Below are positions 1-10,298 of a stretch of DNA of 64,000 nt, in pieces. The notes under the pieces were generated by a model. The model ran no database searches, had not been told where the DNA came from, and saw nothing but the letters and a program-made list of their open reading frames with translations. A program made the position numbers and the translations under genes. Every line of letters begins with the position of its first letter. Positions within the stretch are counted from its first letter, which is position 1. Location: the NCBI GenBank assembly GCA_963422645.2, contig CAXXVO010000002.1:128001-192000 (forward strand), read 5' to 3'. The DNA is from Alphaproteobacteria bacterium. Lineage in GTDB: Bacteria > Pseudomonadota > Alphaproteobacteria > UBA828.

Positions 1-64
1 CCGAGACCGTGAGCACCGCGATGTTCACGGCGCGGAAGGGCCGCTTCTCGTCGATCCCGATCAT
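1..64 (-). CDS. moaB: Molybdenum cofactor biosynthesis protein B, 5' part (runs off window edge)
   Basis: Reverse strand from ATG at 64 reads MIGIDEKRPFRAVNIAVLTVS, matching the MoaB N-terminus (IAVLTVSD); ATGA overlap with the UDG stop. Confidence 0.7.
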   Translation of the reverse strand, partial: MIGIDEKRPFRAVNIAVLTVS

Positions 65-906
65 GGCAGCGTCTCTCCCTTCTTCATCTTGTCCTCGATC
101 TCCAACAGGTCGCGCCAGACCTCGCGCTTCGCAGAGGGTGTGCGCAGCAGGTAGGCGGGGTGAAAGGTCGCCGTGGCCTGGATCGCCCCCTCCATTCCCG
201 GCGTCGAGAAGGGGAACCACTGGCCGCGCAGGCGGGTGATGCCCTCCCGCCGGTTGAGCAGGGCCTTCGCGGCGATGCCGCCCACCAGCACCAGGATGCG
301 GGGCGCGATCAACTCGATCTGGCGCTCCAGGAAGGGCTGGCAGATGGCGAGCTCCTCGGCGGTGGGCGAGCGGTTGCCGGGCGGCCGCCAGGGCAGCATG
401 TTGGTGATGTAGACGGCGGAGCGGTCGAGCCCGATCGCCGCCAGCATCCGGTCCAGCAGCCGGCCCGCCGGCCCGACGAAGGGGAGTCCCTGGCGGTCTT
501 CTTCGGCGCCCGGCGCCTCCCCCACGATCATCAATGCAGCCTGCGGGTTGCCGTCGCCGATCACCGTGTTGGTGGCGGTGCGCTTGAGCGCGCAGCCGTC
601 GAAGGCACGCACCGCCGCCACCAGCCGATCGAGGCTGGTGCAGGCGGCGGCGATCTCCTGCGCGCTCCAGGTCGCGTCGCCCGGCGGGAGCAGCGATTGC
701 GCGGGCAGCACCGGCTGAGGGGGCGCAGGCGCTGCCTCGCGTGCGACTGCTGGCTCAGGCGCGGGGGCTGGCGGGGGCTCGGCCGCAGCCGCCAGCGCGT
801 CGGCCGCTTCCCGGTAGCGATCCCGCGGCGCGTGGTCGATCGCCTGGTCGACGCCGGCGAGCGTGTACCACTCAAGAAGCGCCCGGATCGCCTGGTCACC
901 GCTCAT
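61..906 (-). CDS. Uracil-DNA glycosylase, family 4
   Basis: GEAPGAEED, PFVGPAG, PPGNRSP and TFHPAYLLR motifs; start set at MSGDQAIRALLEW. Confidence 0.92.
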   Translation of the reverse strand: MSGDQAIRALLEWYTLAGVDQAIDHAPRDRYREAADALAAAAEPPPAPAPEPAVAREAAPAPPQPVLPAQSLLPPGDATWSAQEIAAACTSLDRLVAAVRAFDGCALKRTATNTVIGDGNPQAALMIVGEAPGAEEDRQGLPFVGPAGRLLDRMLAAIGLDRSAVYITNMLPWRPPGNRSPTAEELAICQPFLERQIELIAPRILVLVGGIAAKALLNRREGITRLRGQWFPFSTPGMEGAIQATATFHPAYLLRTPSAKREVWRDLLEIEDKMKKGETLP

Positions 907-1009
907 CGGCGGCACGATACCAGACCCGCTCCTGGCGGGCGATTGCATCCCCCACGCGTGCGGCCCAGGATGGTCTCGGAAGCCATACGCATTCGGCAGG
1001 GAGAGAGGG

Positions 1010-2020
1010 ATGAGCGACTACGAGATTTTCGACGCGGGCGATGTGGTGCTGCAGAAGGGTGCGACGCTCAGGGACGCCAAGCTCGCCTACAAGACCTACG
1101 GCACGCTGAACGCCAAGAAGGACAACGTCATCATCCAGCCGACCTGGTACTCCGGCCACCACACCGACGTGGAGTGGACCATCGGCGAGGATCAGGCCCT
1201 CGACCCCAGGCAATACTTCATCATCGTGCCCAACATGCTGGGCAACGGCCTCTCGTCGTCGCCGAGCAACACGCCGGCGCCCTACGACAAGGCGCGCTTC
1301 CCCAACGTCACGGCCTGCGACAACGTGCGCCTGCAGCACCGGCTGGTGACCGAGGTGTTCGGAATCGAGCGCATCAAGCTGGTGACCGGCTGGTCCATGG
1401 GCGCGCTCCAGACCTTCCACTGGGGCTGCCTCTACCCCGACATGGTGGAGCGCATCGTGCCGACCTGCGGCTCCGCCAAGTGCTCGCGCCACAACTTCGT
1501 GTTCCTGGAGGGCGTGAAGGCGGCGCTCACAGCCGACGACGCCTGGAAGGGCGGTTGGTACGACGCACCGCCCACCAAGGGCCTGCGCGCCATGGCGCGG
1601 GTCTATGCGGGCTGGGGCTTCTCCCAGACCTTCTACCGGGTCGAGGAGGACCTCAAGCTCGGCTTCTCATCGCTCGAGGATTTTTTGGTGGCGTTCTGGG
1701 AGGGCTTCTTCATCCACAAGGACGCGAACAACCTGCTCACCATGCTCTGGACCTGGCAGAACGGCGATGTCGGCGACAACGAGATCTACGGCGGCGACTT
1801 CAAGAAGGCGCTCGCCGGGATCAAGGCCAAGGCCATCGTGATGCCGGGGCGCACCGACCTCTACTTCCCGCCGGAGGACAGCGAGATCGAAGTCGACCAC
1901 ATGCCGAATGCCGAGTTGCGCGTGTTCGAGTCCTACTACGGCCACTTCGCCTCGAGCTTCCTGAACCCCGCCGACGTGGCGTTCCAGAACGAAGCGATCA
2001 GGGAGATCCTGGCGAGCTGA
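1010..2020 (+). CDS. Homoserine O-acetyltransferase-like alpha/beta hydrolase
   Basis: AYKTYGTLN, NMLGNGLSSSPSN, nucleophile GWSMGA, DLYFPP, GH; purine-rich RBS before ATG 1010. Confidence 0.8.
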   Translation: MSDYEIFDAGDVVLQKGATLRDAKLAYKTYGTLNAKKDNVIIQPTWYSGHHTDVEWTIGEDQALDPRQYFIIVPNMLGNGLSSSPSNTPAPYDKARFPNVTACDNVRLQHRLVTEVFGIERIKLVTGWSMGALQTFHWGCLYPDMVERIVPTCGSAKCSRHNFVFLEGVKAALTADDAWKGGWYDAPPTKGLRAMARVYAGWGFSQTFYRVEEDLKLGFSSLEDFLVAFWEGFFIHKDANNLLTMLWTWQNGDVGDNEIYGGDFKKALAGIKAKAIVMPGRTDLYFPPEDSEIEVDHMPNAELRVFESYYGHFASSFLNPADVAFQNEAIREILAS

Positions 2021-2086
2021 CCCGGAATTCACGCCCCGGTCGCGGCCAGAGCGCTGCACGAGACGCCCGCGCCACAACAATTTTAT

Positions 2087-2131
2087 GTGGGATTCGCGGG
2101 ATAAGTGGGATGTAAGTGGGATAAGTGGGAT
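2087..2131. repeat. Short degenerate tandem repeat (AA)GTGGGAT, about 5 units
   Basis: gtgggat-tc-gcgggat-aagtgggat-gt-aagtgggat-aagtgggat between convergent genes. Confidence 0.6.
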
Positions 2132-2256
2132 TCCACCCGACAGGCGGTCGATCATCCCGCATGCTGTGGCCCCTTCGTTTTTCCCTTGCATGGCGCGATC
2201 CTGGCGCATGAGCTGCGCGCGGTGCACCGCACCATGTTCCGGGGTTTTCGGCGGGG

Positions 2257-3015
2257 CTACCCCCGGCCGATGAAGGGCATCGTCGTCGCCATCACTGTCA
2301 TGAACTGAACGTTGGCGTCGAGCGGCAGGCGCGCCATGTAGAGCACCGCCTGGGCCACGTTCTCCACCGCCATCGTCGCCTCGGAGGCAACGGAGCCGTC
2401 GGCCTGCGGCACCCCCTGGCTCATGCGCTGGGTCATCTCGGTCGCCGCGTTGCCCACGTCGATCTGGCCGCAGGCGATGTTGTACTTGCGCCCGTCGAGC
2501 GAGGTCGAGCGGGTGAGGCCGGTCACGGCGTGCTTGGTCGACGTGTAGGGCGCGGAGTTGGGCCGGGGCACGTGAGCCGAGATCGAGCCGTTGTTGACGA
2601 TGCGCCCGCCCATGGGCTCCTGCGCCTTCATGATGCGAAAGGCTTCCTGGGTGCAGAGGAAGATGCCCGTGAGGTTGGTATCGACCACCTGCTGCCACTT
2701 GTCGAAGCGGAGGTCTTCCAGCGGCACGGGCGGGGCGCTGATACCGGCATTGTTGAAGAGCAGATCGAGCCGGCCGAACGCGGACTTCGTCTCGGCGAAG
2801 AGCGCCGCGACCTGGTCCGGCTTGCCGACATCGCAGGTCACGGCGATCGCCCTGTCCGCGCCCGCGCCGGCCTCGGCGATGGCCGCCTCCAGCGTCTCCT
2901 GCCGGCGGCCGGAGAAGACCACTGTCCAGCCGTCGGCCAGCAGCCCGTGGGCCGCCGCCTTGCCGATCCCCTGACCCGCGCCCGTCACGAGGGCGACCCT
3001 GCGATCCGCGTTCAT
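2257..3015 (-). CDS. SDR family oxidoreductase
   Basis: [12 protein letters not shown] and YTSTK motifs. Confidence 0.9.
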   Translation of the reverse strand: MNADRRVALVTGAGQGIGKAAAHGLLADGWTVVFSGRRQETLEAAIAEAGAGADRAIAVTCDVGKPDQVAALFAETKSAFGRLDLLFNNAGISAPPVPLEDLRFDKWQQVVDTNLTGIFLCTQEAFRIMKAQEPMGGRIVNNGSISAHVPRPNSAPYTSTKHAVTGLTRSTSLDGRKYNIACGQIDVGNAATEMTQRMSQGVPQADGSVASEATMAVENVAQAVLYMARLPLDANVQFMTVMATTMPFIGRG

Positions 3016-3118
3016 GGATGATGTTCCCACGCTTCTGCCGCCAGAGGCGGCGTGCATATCCCTTTCGAGGCACCGCGTATAGCATGGCGCCGAAGCATCG
3101 CGAAATCGCTTCGCCGCA

Positions 3119-4732
3119 TCATCGTGAGCGCTTGCGCTCGCGGAGGTCGTGGCAGCCCGCGACCTGACGCGGGTCGGTGCCGTCGGGGAAGAGCTTCACC
3201 TTCTGCACCTTCTGCGTGCTGGTGACCGGCAGCGTATCGACGAAGAGCAGGTAGCCCGGCGCCTTGTAGTAGGCGAGGCGCTCCAGGCACATGTCCTGCA
3301 GCGCCTCCGCCGCGCCCTGATCCGCGCCCGCACCCGGCGCCGGCACGATGCAGGCCATCACCTCCTCCTGCCGCAGCTCGTCGGGCACCGCGATCACCGC
3401 CGCCTGGGCCACCCGCTCGTCGGCCTGGAGCACGGCCTCGACTTCGGCGGCGGCGATGTTCTCCCCACTGCGGCGGATGATGTTCTTCTTGCGGTCGACG
3501 AAGCAGAGCATGCCGTCGGCAGCCTGGGTCACGACGTCGCCGGTGTGGAACCAGCCGCCCCGCCAGGCTTCGCCGGTCGCTTCCGGGTCCTTGAGATAGC
3601 CGGAGAAGAGCCCGCGCCTGGGATCGTGGCCGGTCATCCGCAGCGTGAGCTCGCCCGGAACGCCCGGCGGCACCGCACGATCCTCGTCGTCGACCACCTG
3701 CACCTCGCAGCCCGAGAGCGGGCGGCCGAAGGCGCGCGTATCGCTTTGCCGGGGCTCGACGCTCGCCCAGGTCGGCATCGCGACCTCGGTCATGCCCCAG
3801 CCCTCGATGAGCGGGAAGCCGAAGCGCGCCTCGAAGGCCTCGTGATGCTTGGGATCGATGCCGGCGCCGGCGCCGAACTTCACGGCATGGGTGCGGTCCT
3901 CGGGCCCTGGCGGCAGGCTGAGCAGGAGCGGCGGCATGATGCCGAGATAGTGAATGATCGTGGCCCGGGTCGCGGCCACATCGGTCCACCAGCTACGAGG
4001 GTGGAAGCGGTCGGCCATGACGATGCACCCGGCCGCGCTCAGCATCGCCATGCTGCCGATGGCGAGCGCGTTTGCATGGTGGAGCGGCAACGGATTGAGC
4101 AGCCGCTCGCAGCCTTCCTCCAACGCCATCAGGCCGCCCGCCTCCCGATACCAGCGCGCCGCATTGAGGAAATAGCGGTTGGTGAGGATGCAGCCCTTGG
4201 GGCGCCCCGTGGTGCCCGAGGTGTAGAGCAGCGCCGCCTCGTCGTCGACGCCGGGCGCGCCAGCTGCGCTGACGCCGCCCAAGGGTGCCGGCAGCCGGGC
4301 CGGGAGAGCGGCGGCATCGACGATCGGCACTGCATGTTTGCAGAGGCGGACCGCAGCCTCGATATCGGCCAGCCGCTCCGGCACCGAGACCACCAGGCCC
4401 GCCTCGGAATGGTCGATGAGATAGACCATCTCGTCCTGCCGCCAGGCCGGGTTGATGGGCACGATGGCGCAGCCCAGGGCGTTGAGCGCCCACCAGTGCA
4501 GGTGGAAATCGGGCCGGTTCTCCAAGAGCAGCGCCACCCGGTGGCCGCGGCCGTAGCCTGCCTCGCGATAGAGAGCGCCGAGCGCCGCCACCCGCTCGCG
4601 CGCCGCGCGGTAGCTGATCTCGACACCATCGGGATGGTAGGGCCTGCCCGCCATGGGCGGCGCGCAGAGGCAGCCGCCCTCCGGCGCGCGCCGGGCCGCC
4701 GCGGCGAACAGGTCGAACACCGTCTCCGTCAT
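3119..4732 (-). CDS. AMP-binding acyl-CoA ligase (CaiC-like)
   Basis: [37 protein letters not shown] motifs. Confidence 0.88.
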   Translation of the reverse strand: MTETVFDLFAAAARRAPEGGCLCAPPMAGRPYHPDGVEISYRAARERVAALGALYREAGYGRGHRVALLLENRPDFHLHWWALNALGCAIVPINPAWRQDEMVYLIDHSEAGLVVSVPERLADIEAAVRLCKHAVPIVDAAALPARLPAPLGGVSAAGAPGVDDEAALLYTSGTTGRPKGCILTNRYFLNAARWYREAGGLMALEEGCERLLNPLPLHHANALAIGSMAMLSAAGCIVMADRFHPRSWWTDVAATRATIIHYLGIMPPLLLSLPPGPEDRTHAVKFGAGAGIDPKHHEAFEARFGFPLIEGWGMTEVAMPTWASVEPRQSDTRAFGRPLSGCEVQVVDDEDRAVPPGVPGELTLRMTGHDPRRGLFSGYLKDPEATGEAWRGGWFHTGDVVTQAADGMLCFVDRKKNIIRRSGENIAAAEVEAVLQADERVAQAAVIAVPDELRQEEVMACIVPAPGAGADQGAAEALQDMCLERLAYYKAPGYLLFVDTLPVTSTQKVQKVKLFPDGTDPRQVAGCHDLRERKRSR

Positions 4733-4806
4733 CGCTGCTCCGCTTGTCGCTCCCCGGCTGGACGCTTAGGTTGTCGCCCCTTCCGCCATGACGTGAGAGT
4801 CGAAGC

Positions 4807-5055
4807 ATGGGCAGGTTCTACGAACCCGATCTTGGCCGCAATCCGGACGATCCCTTCGCCCGAGACGCCGAGGGCAAACTGATCCGCCGCTCCTTCTGGC
4901 TCGACATGAGCGACCGCTCGCTGGTGCTGGCCATGACGCAGGGCGTCGGCGCCGCGCTCAGCAACGATTATAAGCGCGCTCACCTGGCGGATATCGGCCG
5001 CGCCCACGTGATCGACCAAGTGTGCGTGCAGGAGATATTGCCGCCGGAGAGATAG
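4807..5055 (+). CDS. Hypothetical protein, 82 aa
   Basis: Fills the gap between minus-strand genes, host-like codon use. Confidence 0.55.
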   Translation: MGRFYEPDLGRNPDDPFARDAEGKLIRRSFWLDMSDRSLVLAMTQGVGAALSNDYKRAHLADIGRAHVIDQVCVQEILPPER

Positions 5056-5059
5056 GCGG

Positions 5060-5977
5060 CTAAGGCTTCGCCGGCGTCGCCGGCTGGCGCCGCGCAGCGT
5101 GGATCAGCAGGGCGACGCCTGCCAGCATCAGCGCCGCGGCGGCCCACACATAGGCGCTGTGGCTCTCCTGAAAGAAGAGGATGCCCCAGCCGAGACCGGC
5201 CACCACCACCACGTAATTGAACTGCGAGAAGAACACCGGGCCGGCGGCGCGGACGATGATCAGGAAGGTGATGTACATGGTGATGGTGACGCCGGCGGCG
5301 CCCAGGATCGCGAGATCGGCGGCGGTGTCCGGCCCCGGCACCACGTAGGTCTCGCCGAGCCCGATCATCACCGGCGCCAGCAGGATCGCCGCCGCCGTCA
5401 CGATGCCGCTTGCAAAGGTGAGCACCGGTGTCTCCGGCGGATCGATTAAGGCCGCGAGGTTGTTGGTCAACGCGAACGAGGCGGGCGCCAGCAGGGCGAG
5501 CAGGAACCAGACGACCAGGCCGGGGTCCGGCAGGGAAAACGTGGGGATCGCCATTAGCAGGATGCCGCCCACCCCGCACAGCACGCCGATCAGGCTCAAG
5601 GCGCGCACCCGCTCCAGCCGGAGCGTCAGCGCAATCAGATAGGTGATCGGCGGCGAGAGGATCACCACCATGGAGAGGATGCCGGTCGGCAGCTTCGGTG
5701 CGAGCCAGGTCATCAGCGCGACCGGTGCAGCGATGCCGAACAACCCGAGCACGAAATAGACCTTGAGGTGCCGGGCCTCCAGCCGCGGCAGCGCCCGCCG
5801 CCACGCGGCGACGATCAGCAGCAGGACTGCGGCGCCGAGGGTCTGCCAGAAGGTGAACGCGAGCGGCGGAGTCCCGGCGTCCACCGCGATCTTGTTCATG
5901 GTGAAGATGAGCGGATAGACCGCCCCGATCGTGAACAGCAGGAATATCGGGAGAGAAAGCGGCCCGCGGCGCCGCAT
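5060..5977 (-). CDS. DMT/EamA family transporter
   Basis: About 10 hydrophobic helices, AGPVFFSQFNY, GILFFQE; start set at MRRRGPLSL. Confidence 0.85.
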   Translation of the reverse strand: MRRRGPLSLPIFLLFTIGAVYPLIFTMNKIAVDAGTPPLAFTFWQTLGAAVLLLIVAAWRRALPRLEARHLKVYFVLGLFGIAAPVALMTWLAPKLPTGILSMVVILSPPITYLIALTLRLERVRALSLIGVLCGVGGILLMAIPTFSLPDPGLVVWFLLALLAPASFALTNNLAALIDPPETPVLTFASGIVTAAAILLAPVMIGLGETYVVPGPDTAADLAILGAAGVTITMYITFLIIVRAAGPVFFSQFNYVVVVAGLGWGILFFQESHSAYVWAAAALMLAGVALLIHAARRQPATPAKP

Positions 5978-6005
5978 CAGGCTTGTGATCCAAGGACGGG
6001 CAGGA

Positions 6006-6803
6006 CTATTGGGCGGCGGCGGTGCGCTCGGGTTCCACCAGGAGACAATCGTCGCCGAGGGCTTCGATCGGCGTGAAGTCCCTGTGCGCGATGTACTCCG
6101 GCCGCTTGAAACGGCGGATCGCGTTATCCACGCAGTTGGCCGAGAAATAGACCGCAAGCCGGCCCCAGGGCGACATGTTGGGCGCGGAGCCGTGCACCAG
6201 ATTACAGTGGAAGAGCAGCGCTGCGCCGGGCTCGCCCTTGGGCGCGACGATTCCGCCTTCCGCAACCAGCTGCTCGATGGTCTCGTTGTCGACCGTCCAG
6301 AGCGGGTAGCTCGTGGTCTCGATGTCGTGGCCGGCCTCGATCCGGCCGCGCCGATGCGAGCGCGGGATGAACATGAGCGGCCCGTTGAACTCGTTCACCG
6401 GGTCGAGGAAGACCGCCAGGTTCATCGCCTGGGGCTCGGGCATGAGGTCGTCCCGCGACCAGGTGCCGTAGTCCTGATGCCACTGCCAGACGTCGCCGTC
6501 GAAGGCGGCCTTGGCGTTCACCTTGAACTGATGGATGTAGATCGGCCCGCCCAGCACCTGCATCGCAGGCTCGACCAGGCGCGGATGGCGCGAGAGCCGC
6601 CAGTAGATGTCGCTATAGGTATGGACGCCGAAGGCAGTACGCACCGCGCCGCTGTGCTCGCGCACGATTTCCGGCCCCTTGCGCGCGAAGACGGCCGGCA
6701 GCGCCGCGCGCAGTGCCGCAGCCTCCTCGGCCGAGAAGAGGTTCGGCAGGAAGAGATAGCCCTCGCGGTCCAGGGTCTCGCACTGTTCGGCCGAAAGCTT
6801 CAT
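6006..6803 (-). CDS. PhyH-family Fe(II)/2-oxoglutarate dioxygenase (EctD/proline hydroxylase-like)
   Basis: WHQDY (HxD), NGPLMFIPRSH, LVHGSAPN motifs. Confidence 0.88.
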   Translation of the reverse strand: MKLSAEQCETLDREGYLFLPNLFSAEEAAALRAALPAVFARKGPEIVREHSGAVRTAFGVHTYSDIYWRLSRHPRLVEPAMQVLGGPIYIHQFKVNAKAAFDGDVWQWHQDYGTWSRDDLMPEPQAMNLAVFLDPVNEFNGPLMFIPRSHRRGRIEAGHDIETTSYPLWTVDNETIEQLVAEGGIVAPKGEPGAALLFHCNLVHGSAPNMSPWGRLAVYFSANCVDNAIRRFKRPEYIAHRDFTPIEALGDDCLLVEPERTAAAQ

Positions 6804-7104
6804 GGTCCGCTCCCTCCTGCGGCTGAGGCGCAAATTGCGCCCAGAGCGGCGGGTGCGTCAAGACGCCGGATCGGATGCCTTGCCCTGCGGCGCGGCCGGC
6901 CGGTTGACTAGAAAGAGTCCGGCGAGCATGAGCACGAGCGCGAGCCAGATCCAGTAACTGTGGCTCTCGCCGAAGAAGAGCACGCCCCAGCCGATGCCGG
7001 TGAGCGGGATCATGAAGTTGACCGTGGTGAAGAACACGGGGCCGGCGAGGCGGATGATTTCCACCATCAGGTAGAAGACCAGCGCCGTGACCCCCGCCGC
7101 GGCG

Positions 7105-9580
7105 CAATGGCATTCATTTGGCGCGAAGATTGTTCCGGGGTTTTTTTGGTGGTGTCGTAACGAGTTGATTTCTTGTGTGGATTGTCGGTCTCGGCGTTTC
7201 CCGCACGAGGGGGATTGACCGGCGGCGTGTGCTTTGGCACACTGTGGCTGTCCCCCTGTCAGTGGAGCCGGCCCATGGACCCCCGCATCACCGCGCTGAA
7301 GTCGACGACCTTTTTCGGCAGACGTCTGACCCGCCGGCAGATTGCCGACATCCAGGAGACGGTGGCGCTGTTTCCGGCGATCAGCCGCAACGAGCTCGGG
7401 CACACGATCTGCGAGCATTTGAACTGGCGCGCGCCGAGCGGGCGGAACCGTGTCGCGGTCTGCCTGCGGATGCTGGAGGAGTTGGAGCGGCTGGGCATCC
7501 TGACCCTGCCGGCGCGGGACGAGGCGCAGGTGCGGGGGCCGCAGGAGGCGATGGCCCGGAGCGAGCGGACGGCGCCGGCCGCGGCGATCGCGGAGGACCT
7601 GGCCGCGCTGATGCCGCTGCGCCTGTCGATTGCGGCGGGCAAGGAGGAGGGCGGGCTGTGGAACGAGTTCGTCGCGCGCCACCACTATCTCGGGCTGCAT
7701 CGTCTGGGGTCGGCGCGCATCTGCGCTATTTTCTCCTGGACCGCCACGGGCGGCCTCTGGGCTGCCTTCTGTTTGCCCGGGCGTCGCGCACGCTGCCCTG
7801 CCGCGACGAGTGGATCGGGTGGCCGGCGGAAGGCTTCCGCAAGCACCTCGATCTGGTCGTGGGTCACACGCGTTTCCTGATCTTTCCCTGGGTCCGGGTC
7901 GACAACCTGGCGTCGAAAGCGCTGTCGATGGCGCTGCGCCAGCTGCCCGGCGACTGGGAGGCGCGCTTCGGAGCGCGCCCGGTTCTGGTGGAGACCTTCG
8001 TGGACCCCAGCCTCTTCGACGGCGCCTGCTACCGCGCGGCCAACTGGCGCTGTCTCGGCGAGACCGGGGGCGGCAAGGGCAAGACCCGCAAAAGCGTCTA
8101 CGTCTACCCGCTGACGCCGGACTTCCGCTCGATCCTGCTCGAAGGCCCGCGGCCGGCGCGGCGCGGGAACAGGACACGGCCGGCAGCGCTGGCGCCGGAC
8201 GATCCCTTCGTGGCGCTGTGGCAGGACCTGATCGGCGCACTGGCGGCGGTGGCCGCCGATCACGACCGGGTGTGGCAGAGCCGCCGGCGGGTCCTCGACA
8301 CCCTTCTCGTCATGCTCTTCATCTTCCGGCTGGCGTTCTCGAACGGCCGCGCGGGCTACGCCACGACGCTGGCCGGGCTGTGGGAGCAGTGCCGGGTCCT
8401 GGGCGTCGCACTGCCGCAGCCGGCGCCGGTCTCGGCCTCGGCGATGTGCATGGCGCGGGCCAAGGTCGACGAGGCGGTGTTCAAGACGCTGCACGCCGAG
8501 ATCCTCAAGCGCGCCGACGGCCCGGCCTGGAAGGGCCACCGCGTGTTCGCGGTCGACGGCTCCAAGCTCAACCTGCCGCGGCCGCTGCTCAAGGCCGGCT
8601 ACCGCACGCCCTCCGAGGCGGCCCACTACCCGCAGGGCCTGCTGAGTTGCCTCTACCGGCTGCACGCGAACATCCCGGTGGACTTCGACCTGGTCGCGCA
8701 CGGCGACGAAAGAAGGGCCGCCCTCGCCCACCTCAAGGCGCTCTCGGCCAACGACATCGTGGTCTATGACCGCGGCTACTACTCTTGGGAGATGCTGCAC
8801 GCCCATGTCGCCCGCGGCCTGCACCCCGTGTTCCGGATCAAGAAGAAGGCAGGCGCCGCCCTCGACGCCTTCATCGCCGACGGCCGCACGGACGCGCCGA
8901 TCACCGTCGCTCCCGGAAAGGACACCCTGAGAAAGCTGCGCCGCAAGACGCCGCACGTCGACGCCACCCCGCTGCGCCTGCGACTGGTCCGCTACCGCAT
9001 CGGCAGCACGGTCTTCATCCTCGCCACCACCCTCCTCGACCCCAAGGCCTGGAGCGTCGCGGAACTGGCCGAGCTCTATCACGCGCGCTGGGGAATCGAG
9101 GAACTCTACAAGACCTCGAAACAGGCCATGGCCGTCGAGGCCTTCCACAGCCAGACCGAGCGCGGCGTCCGCCAGGAGCTCTTCGCCCACTTCAACCTCA
9201 TCGCCATGACCCGGCTCTTCACCAACCGCAGCAACGCAAGCCTCGACGCCGAGCGCCCTGCCGACGGCAAGCCGGCGATGAAAGCCAACTTCAGCAACGG
9301 CCTCGCCACCGTCGCGCGCAACCTCGAAGCGCTGCTGCTGCGCCATACGGCGATGGTCGCCGAAACCCTCAGCCATGTCCTCTCCTGCATCAACCAGGCG
9401 CGTCAGCGCCCGCGCCCCGGCCGGTCCTGCGAACGCAGGTCGCGCAAACCCCGCGGCAAGTGGGCACGCGCAAAGCGGGCCGTCGCCTGAACACCTGAAC
9501 GACAGAAACGCACGCAACCGACAGCGCAAGAACACGACTCCTTAAGTGAACAGTCGAAAACCGCTAAGTGAATGCCATTG
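7105..9580 (+). mobile_element. IS4-like insertion sequence, 2476 bp
   Basis: Terminal IRs CAATGGCATTCA(T/C)TT(G/A)GCG; 10-bp TSD CGCCGCGGCG at 7095-7104 and 9581-9590. Confidence 0.92.
7275..9490 (+). pseudogene. DUF4338-like domain fused to IS4-type DDE transposase, frameshifted near 7695-7710
   Basis: HHYLG / GAHLRYF / RFLIFPWV / VETFVDP / CYRAANW, then AVDGSK, YDRGYY, YHARWGIEELYK; two overlapping frames. Confidence 0.8.
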
Positions 9581-10298
9581 CGCCGCGGCGGCCAGCGCCC
9601 AGTCGCCGTCGCTCATCGGCCCCTCGAACCACCACCACTCACCGGTCGCCGCCATCACCACGAACATGAAGACCGCCCCGGTCGCCAGCATGCCTCCGGC
9701 GAGCGGCAGTGCGCCATCAGGCGGCGGCTTGAGCCACGATATGATCAACGCATTCGCGACGTAGAGCACCGCTGCCACGAAGCTCAGCAGCACCCAGGGC
9801 GCCATGTCGGGGGTGGGAAGGCTGGTCTCGGGCACCACCACCAGCGCCACGCCGCCGACGCCGAGGACCAGTCCCACGGTGCGGATCGCGCGGAAGCGGT
9901 CCATGCGAAGGAGCGCGGCAGCGGGATAGGTGAGGATGGGCGTGAGCGTCGCGCCCAGCCCGAGCACGCCCGCCGGCACCTTGGGCGCGACGAAGACCAG
10001 CACGGTGTAGGTCATGCCGAAGGAGATCGTGCCGAGCACGAGATAGCCGCGCATGTGCTCCCACGAGAGCTTGGGCAGCGTGCGGAACACCGCGCCGAGC
10101 GCCAGCAGGATGAGCGCGGCGCCGGTCCCCATCCAGAACACGTAGGGGATGAAGGGAATGCCGTCGGTCGTCGCCAGCCGGTTGAGCGAATAGAGCATGC
10201 CCCAGCCGAGGGCCGAGACCGCCAGCAGAACCGCCGGCCAGAGGAGCGCGTGTGCGCCGCTGCGCGGCTCGGGCCCCGTCACGCGCGCCCCTCCCGCG

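Larger units (their letters stand above)
6858..10282 (-). pseudogene. DMT/EamA transporter split by the IS4-like element
   Basis: N-terminal part 9581-10282 (...WALAAA) and C-terminal part 6858-7104 (AAGVTALVFYLMVEIIRLAGPVFF...) join across the 10-bp target duplication. Confidence 0.88.

Noticed and set aside
7275-8150. Druantia defence system (DruA)
   Set aside because: The domain lies inside an IS and is fused to a transposase; no DruE helicase or other dru genes are present.
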